The notes beneath the pieces were generated by a model. The model had not been told where the DNA came from, ran no database searches, and was given only the letters and a program-made list of their open reading frames with translations. Made by a program: the position numbers and the translations under genes. DNA of 59,161 bases from a virus (lineage: Duplodnaviria > Caudoviricetes). Shown in pieces: positions 54,701-59,161 of the stretch (positions are counted from its first letter, which is position 1; each line of letters starts with the position of its first letter). Location: positions 1 to 59,161 of the IMG/VR virus record IMGVR_UViG_3300030104_002956, one strand, 5' to 3'.

Positions 54701-57175
54701 AGACTCTGCTTTAGATGTTTGTTTAGTTGTTTGTTTAGTTGTTTTTTCTTCAACTACTTCTTCTTTAACCACTTCAGCAGTGGGAGTTTCTTCAATAGTA
54801 GTTTCGCTCTCTAATTGTTCTGCTAACTTTTTAAAAGTTTCACTTCCATACTTGTTAAATTTAGGATTGTTTACCTCACTTAATGGTCCAGTTGGTATAA
54901 ATGTCTTTCCTGTTTCAGGATTGAATGCGCCTTTAATAAAATATCCATCTTTAGCAAAACCTGGAAGTGGAACCCATTTACCTTTAGAAGCCGCACCTGT
55001 TCCAGTTCCTTTAGACTTATACATTAAAAACTTTTCTCCATTACTTGCTGTAATTTCTAGTATTTGTCTTCCATCAACAATACCCAAGTCTCTAGTAACT
55101 TCAACAGTAGCTCCTTGCTCGTCTAATCTTTGACCTAAATCAATAATATTTTGAACTTCTACTGGTATATTAGCTAAGTCTTTTCCAGACTCTACATTTT
55201 TAGTAAACTCTCCGAATACTTCTAAGTTATCATTTATATTATCATAAACCTTAACTTCTTGTTCTGTTGTTTGTTCGGTTGGTGTTGGTTTTGAATTATT
55301 CCACTCAGAAAACGATTGTGTAGTTTTTTTATTTACACGATCAGTTATATATAAGATTACTTTATTTTTAGATTGCTTGTCAAGATTTAATCTTTTTTCA
55401 ATTCCTTGAACTATTTCTTTAACTGATTTTCCTTCTTGAATATCTTTTTCAATTTGTTTTTCAACAAAATTTAATCTATTTTCTTTTTCTTCACCTTCTA
55501 ATTCATAAGAATCAATAGTTTCTTTTGTAACAGGGTCTAATGCAGGTTTACTTTTAATTTTTATTTTTTCTTCCGTTTCGATAGAAGGCTCCCGTACTTC
55601 TTCTTCCACTTCTTGTACACTTTCGGCTGGTTCAGCATCAAGTATATCTCCTGTTTCTTGCTCTTGAATGGCATCTTGTTGTAAGTTTTTAATTTGGTTA
55701 TCTATTTCTATTACTCTATTCTTTGCAGATTGAGTTGTTTTATTCTCTAAACTTTTTCTTTCTTTTTCTAACTCAACTAACTTAGTCCTTGTTTCAGGAT
55801 TAGCAATATTGGCAGGGATATCTTTATTTAGGCTATATTCTTCAAGTCTACTTTCTAACATTCCTTTTAATTCAGGATCGTTATTTATTTCTATTTTAGC
55901 ACTTCCACTACTTATGTTTTCATCAGACAATTGATTAACAAAACCTAACATAAATTCTTTAGTGACATTTTCACCATTTAATTTATAAGTTGGTTTATTT
56001 TTAGAAAAAAGTTTAGCTCCTACAGTTAATGGAGCAGAACCCAATCCTGCTGCGCCTTCTAAAAATATGTCAGCTACATCCATTTCTTGACCAGCTACAG
56101 CTTTACCACCAACCTCACCTAAACTACCGCCAACCATTTCTATTCCTCCTCCAGCTGCTCCAGCTAAACTTTTTTTAACACCTGCCTTTACTAATTTTTT
56201 AGTTACAGCACCCGCTAAACCAGCTGTCATAGCATCAATACTACCAATAGTTGCTCCTCTTCCTACCGCTCTAAACCTAAGACTACTTAGTTTTTCTGGG
56301 TTATTTAATATAGCTTTTATATTTTCTTTATTGAATTCTTTATTACCTAACTCTTCTCTAAGCAACTCATTAAATGTCATTGCGGTTTCTAAAGTTGTAG
56401 TTGCTCCTCCAAAAAAACCAGATACTGCACCTCCAAGAGTTGTAAAAACACCTAATGGACCTAAAGAAAAACCAGTTGAACCAACAACTCCACCAGAAAG
56501 CGCTCCAGCTGCACCTCCAGCAGCGGTAGCTGGGTTCATCATTGAAGCAACTGATGAAACTAAAACTTCTGGAAGTATACTTGGATTATTATATAGTCCT
56601 TTTAATACGCCAAATATACCTTGACCTTCTTTATTATAAGTCTTGTAAAAATCTTTCATTTCATCAGACTCACTATAAGGGCCTGTTTCTTGCACAGCTG
56701 CAATATATTCTTCAACATCTTGGTTTGAAACATTAGATCCTTTGGCTAAAACTTCAAGAGCTTCATCAACAGATTGCCCTTGTTGATAGCCTGTAGCTCC
56801 TGCTCTATACATATCTCCTAAAAAGTCAGTAACTGCGTTTTTACCTAACGCTCTTTCTATTAAGGTATCTTTTTCTTCTGTATCATCATATGGAGTTCCT
56901 TGTCTAGTGGCTACCTTTTCTTCAGTAGTCATCTCTCTAAATAAACTAGGATTTAACGAGGAGTCCGAAGAAGTAGGTGTTGTTTGAGTTTCTGTAATAG
57001 ACTCCGTAACTTCCTCTGGAGCAGGTAAATCTGAATCTTTTTTTTTTAAATTTTCATCATCTTCTACTAAAATCAAAAGTCCTTCAGCAACAAATTTATC
57101 AAACCTTTCTCCATATTGTTCTCTCAGCACTGACTCTTCTAATATGTTTCCGTTAGGAGTTTTGTAACTAGGCAT
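51710..57175 (-). CDS. Large internal virion / ejection (cargo) protein, 1821 aa
   Basis: Third and largest gene after the nozzle; G/A-rich membrane-active segment and long helical region; no RNA polymerase DxDGD motif seen. Confidence 0.65.
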   Translation of the reverse strand: MPSYKTPNGNILEESVLREQYGERFDKFVAEGLLILVEDDENLKKKDSDLPAPEEVTESITETQTTPTSSDSSLNPSLFREMTTEEKVATRQGTPYDDTEEKDTLIERALGKNAVTDFLGDMYRAGATGYQQGQSVDEALEVLAKGSNVSNQDVEEYIAAVQETGPYSESDEMKDFYKTYNKEGQGIFGVLKGLYNNPSILPEVLVSSVASMMNPATAAGGAAGALSGGVVGSTGFSLGPLGVFTTLGGAVSGFFGGATTTLETAMTFNELLREELGNKEFNKENIKAILNNPEKLSSLRFRAVGRGATIGSIDAMTAGLAGAVTKKLVKAGVKKSLAGAAGGGIEMVGGSLGEVGGKAVAGQEMDVADIFLEGAAGLGSAPLTVGAKLFSKNKPTYKLNGENVTKEFMLGFVNQLSDENISSGSAKIEINNDPELKGMLESRLEEYSLNKDIPANIANPETRTKLVELEKERKSLENKTTQSAKNRVIEIDNQIKNLQQDAIQEQETGDILDAEPAESVQEVEEEVREPSIETEEKIKIKSKPALDPVTKETIDSYELEGEEKENRLNFVEKQIEKDIQEGKSVKEIVQGIEKRLNLDKQSKNKVILYITDRVNKKTTQSFSEWNNSKPTPTEQTTEQEVKVYDNINDNLEVFGEFTKNVESGKDLANIPVEVQNIIDLGQRLDEQGATVEVTRDLGIVDGRQILEITASNGEKFLMYKSKGTGTGAASKGKWVPLPGFAKDGYFIKGAFNPETGKTFIPTGPLSEVNNPKFNKYGSETFKKLAEQLESETTIEETPTAEVVKEEVVEEKTTKQTTKQTSKAESLKKRINKLSKSPDVEGTVAQSVKEFLKINPRTVNDINAYISQAEAIVEGLKKSRTFKGDVKIAESVDIKKLDEYSSKELKAQDQTLREKEAKAFEELTGLSSEELSLGEMREILNSVDEESVKTPKEIKLKAEKKADIIARGIKKAFSTYSAIIKKQIKTGIDPFTGDQVKISANDQKIIENFLNVDLDNLSPAEQLRALDALTNFATNQTTGGMNATIFQDKGVKEAKAEEKKGLVAKPLQIFKRKGLSQAWIKYIASLPISFELMFKGQSKGLRFEQASGFSDIKNGSAKAEAENNQVFDKYIKKYKKTKPNGEAFNTVDNDVERGMFAFMRRTVDGTLEEQQKEFKRRKGLVEQSIDRLKKTGETNDQTKAEVYEKIYDKILKDATTIDEVDAKVDATNKEAVEWITNEWAARRDDLADISLNVYNRILGKDINYTPDSFTLIEEPSSTADIGEPIFEGTREVIYDKETGVLKPKNPSFVLPENRIINLGFDSQNSRSLNAALTDIYTAEGIQQLKGFVNSDAYSKIIPNKSDRDLITERLRRYIDAKRGVSFIKPSNKAFIRGLNKFSSLAVGRALGGPTQFIKQLVPIVNTMANAGPVSTIKGLTLLTNPAVNKFLNNSGYGIANRGLQSLSSLESSNSKIENAAKSNLGKAVDQLDKVNQAYLKAFVANPDKFAARASWLSYYTNSLKKQGINPNGIDWNTHKINKEAADFAEQQVSRQQNVSDIDLQGEIFNSKNPFIQFGRKVVLPFANFLLNQKTRMYSDLSTLASQTSTSQDKKTSAKSLGGLAAETIAFNAIGLILLQALDLATIEEDDEERKQKMLENRVKGRLGNMIKDIVSPLPVTDVAIIAFANYLLRQFFEEEPEELVQLSTSRKTAQPKKKETFQLFSEDRKSAIERLGVLGINLKNATYIYDVLYPMAERGEYQKEYMGKKGKVKKIDPKYNDVAKMNLVAYLLYTIGLLPSETANIVRGNVKDMQKQKQEIKLSTSR

Positions 57176-57181
57176 ATGTTA

Positions 57182-58591
57182 TTAATTTACAGGAAGACCA
57201 TTATTGTCTACTGCAGGTCTAAAACCCCCTGCAGATTTATTAAACTTTACTTCACCTTGGGGATTTGTAAAAAAGTCATAATTTTTTATATCAACCTTGT
57301 ATTGATCAATTCTTTCTGGCTTCAACCCTTCTAGCTCGTTCATAAAGTTAGCGATTTGAGACTCACTTTGAATTTTAATTCCTTCTAGTTTTCCATTTTT
57401 TAATAAAAAGAAATCAGCATTAGGGTAAGAAGCTTTAGCTGTTTCATCTATTACCTCATCAACTTTTAAAATTCTTTTGTCTGGATCATCCATTCCTTGA
57501 ACTCTATTTACAATAACATCCACAAAAGGTTTTCCCGCTTTGATATTTTCTGTCATTTGTTTAGCAGCTATTATATTAGGCAAGAAAGTAGACTTAAATC
57601 TAGCATCATACTCTTTTGACTCTTTAAATCTTTTTGAGTCTACAGATGTTTTATAAGTAGTATCTAAACTAGCTATTATATCTTTCTTTAAGCCATCTTG
57701 AGCTAGTTTCTTAACCGCAGCAACATCTGTTGCTATTGGTAAACCGCTGCTTTTATCAATTCTTACTTGTATTTGATTAGCGTTAGTAGGTGCTTCTAAA
57801 GTTAACTCATAATTTCTTGCTCCTAAATACTCTAATGCTTGTATTCCATTAGCATCACTAGTAAGTCCTGACACGTAATTTTGTAAAGCATCTTTAAATT
57901 TTGGACTATTATAATTAGCAGAGTAACTTACATTACCCTCTGAATCTACAGTTTCAAAAGTCTTTTTAGCAAAAGAGTTATCCGCATTAGTAATATTTTT
58001 CTGATCAAACTTTTTATTTTCATAACTCATCATTGCTAAGTCATTAGTTACTGGAGTAGTAATTGTTTGTCCATTTACCACATAAGTAGACTCAAGCATT
58101 TGAGTTTCAGCATTCCAGTTAACTGATTTATTCATACCAGCCATAGTATCTACAGTGGTGGCAAAAAGATTAGTGACTAATCCAGAATTTTCATCCAATA
58201 CTTTTTCTTTGTATTTAGTATAAGCATCTTGATAAGATACAGCGTTATTTTTAAATATTTGATACTGGGTGTTAAGGGAGTTAACAGCTATCTTATACTG
58301 AGTAGCACTAATGTCACCACTCTCATATTGCTCTTTAATAGTTTGATTGGCATCACCAATATTTTGAATAGCGGATGCATAGTATTTACTTTGATCTGGT
58401 GTTGCTCCTTTGGGCAGGTTTTGTATTTCACCAGCCATTTTTTGGTCTGTCAACTCAACCTCAGCTCTTTGTTTTTGAGCCTCTGTAAAAGCCTCACCTA
58501 AAGCACCTGTAATACTAGAGCTTACTGCGCTCCAATCTATAGTAGTTTTATCTACATCTCTTTTTACGTAACCTATTCCTGGTGCTGCCAT
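57182..58591 (-). CDS. Putative ejection / internal virion protein
   Basis: 469 aa, helical, IDWSAV N-terminal motif; position. Confidence 0.55.
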   Translation of the reverse strand: MAAPGIGYVKRDVDKTTIDWSAVSSSITGALGEAFTEAQKQRAEVELTDQKMAGEIQNLPKGATPDQSKYYASAIQNIGDANQTIKEQYESGDISATQYKIAVNSLNTQYQIFKNNAVSYQDAYTKYKEKVLDENSGLVTNLFATTVDTMAGMNKSVNWNAETQMLESTYVVNGQTITTPVTNDLAMMSYENKKFDQKNITNADNSFAKKTFETVDSEGNVSYSANYNSPKFKDALQNYVSGLTSDANGIQALEYLGARNYELTLEAPTNANQIQVRIDKSSGLPIATDVAAVKKLAQDGLKKDIIASLDTTYKTSVDSKRFKESKEYDARFKSTFLPNIIAAKQMTENIKAGKPFVDVIVNRVQGMDDPDKRILKVDEVIDETAKASYPNADFFLLKNGKLEGIKIQSESQIANFMNELEGLKPERIDQYKVDIKNYDFFTNPQGEVKFNKSAGGFRPAVDNNGLPVN

Positions 58592-58594
58592 AAT

Positions 58595-59161
58595 TTAGTA
58601 TTGTAGAAAGTAATCTAACTCTTGTTGTGGAATATAACCTGGACCTCCAATTAGAGCCCCCATACCAGAACCACCTGTAGTAGTTCTAACAGCTGGACCT
58701 GTTATGCCAGGTGTAACAACATTACTAACAGGAGTTTGTTGAGCTCCTCCACCAAAACTAGTTTGAAAACCTTTTTGAATTTGTTGTGGTGATACTCCTG
58801 CTGCTATTAATCCAGTATAATCATCTATAATAGACACAGCAGAACCTATAGCTTGTTGCTGGCCAGCCACTCTTCTTTCTTGAGCATCTGCTGCTTGCTG
58901 TTGAAATCCTCTAGCTTGTGCTAAATCTAAATTAGCTAATCTTTGCAGTCTATTTTCTTCACCCGTAGCTATATCCCCCTCTAATTTTTGTATATCTCTT
59001 CTTTTTTGTAACTCTAAATTTTGTCTTTGTCTTGCTGATTGTTGGGCTAATCTACTACCCATTGCTGCTTGTAACCTAGGGTCATCTCCAGCAGTAATCT
59101 CTAAAGCAGTAGATAAGTCTTGACTAATTCTTTCACCTGCTGTTTCATACAACATAGGATC
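58595..59161 (-). CDS. 3' part of junction-spanning ejection-type protein (starts at 374)
   Basis: Q/A-rich coiled coil; continues from 1-374. Confidence 0.75.
   Translation of the reverse strand, partial: DPMLYETAGERISQDLSTALEITAGDDPRLQAAMGSRLAQQSARQRQNLELQKRRDIQKLEGDIATGEENRLQRLANLDLAQARGFQQQAADAQERRVAGQQQAIGSAVSIIDDYTGLIAAGVSPQQIQKGFQTSFGGGAQQTPVSNVVTPGITGPAVRTTTGGSGMGALIGGPGYIPQQELDYFLQY
59061..59161. repeat. Terminal direct repeat (assembly overlap), copy 2
   Basis: Matches 1-101 with one mismatch. Confidence 0.95.

Noticed and set aside
51710-57175. crAss-type virion RNA polymerase
   Set aside because: No DxDGD/DFDID-like catalytic motif seen.
1-59161. Alternative genetic code or prophage state
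   Set aside because: Long genes are intact under the standard code and use all three stop codons; no integrase, repressor module or host flanks recognised.

Overview
This window is an apparently complete, circularly assembled ~59,060 bp dsDNA phage genome: bases 1-101 repeat at 59061-59161 with one mismatch. It looks like a lytic short-tailed phage of a Bacteroidota, probably marine Flavobacteriia, host, judged from TAnnTTTG promoter boxes, A-rich leaders without Shine-Dalgarno sequences, and host-like Ig repeats. The minus-strand arm (35.6 kb -> 1 -> 51.3 kb across the junction) carries GroEL/GroES, about 12 tiny mostly basic genes, a head-spike base plus three large LamG fibre proteins, a lysis cassette, a tandem GroES-like protein, terminase, portal, scaffold, major capsid protein, tail ring and nozzle proteins, three ejection-type proteins and an HNH nuclease. 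The plus-strand arm (36.6-51.3 kb) carries early small genes, a C5 methyltransferase, a Sak-like recombinase, an exonuclease, an SSB-like protein, a primase-helicase, an SF2 helicase and nucleases. No DNA polymerase, RNA polymerase or integrase was recognised. The most notable signals are non-coding. (1) A type I hammerhead ribozyme (37052-37137) has a stem III loop containing an 18-mer that recurs exactly in a bulged hairpin about 1.1 kb away, suggesting an antisense-switched ribozyme. (2) A ~140 nt tRNA-mimic RNA. (3) A perfect H-type pseudoknot just upstream of the SSB-like gene. (4) Two architecturally parallel iteron/IHF-site arrays that look like duplicated origins. (5) Early genes flanked by exact 26-27 bp direct repeats. 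All protein calls come from motif recognition by eye; no database search was run.
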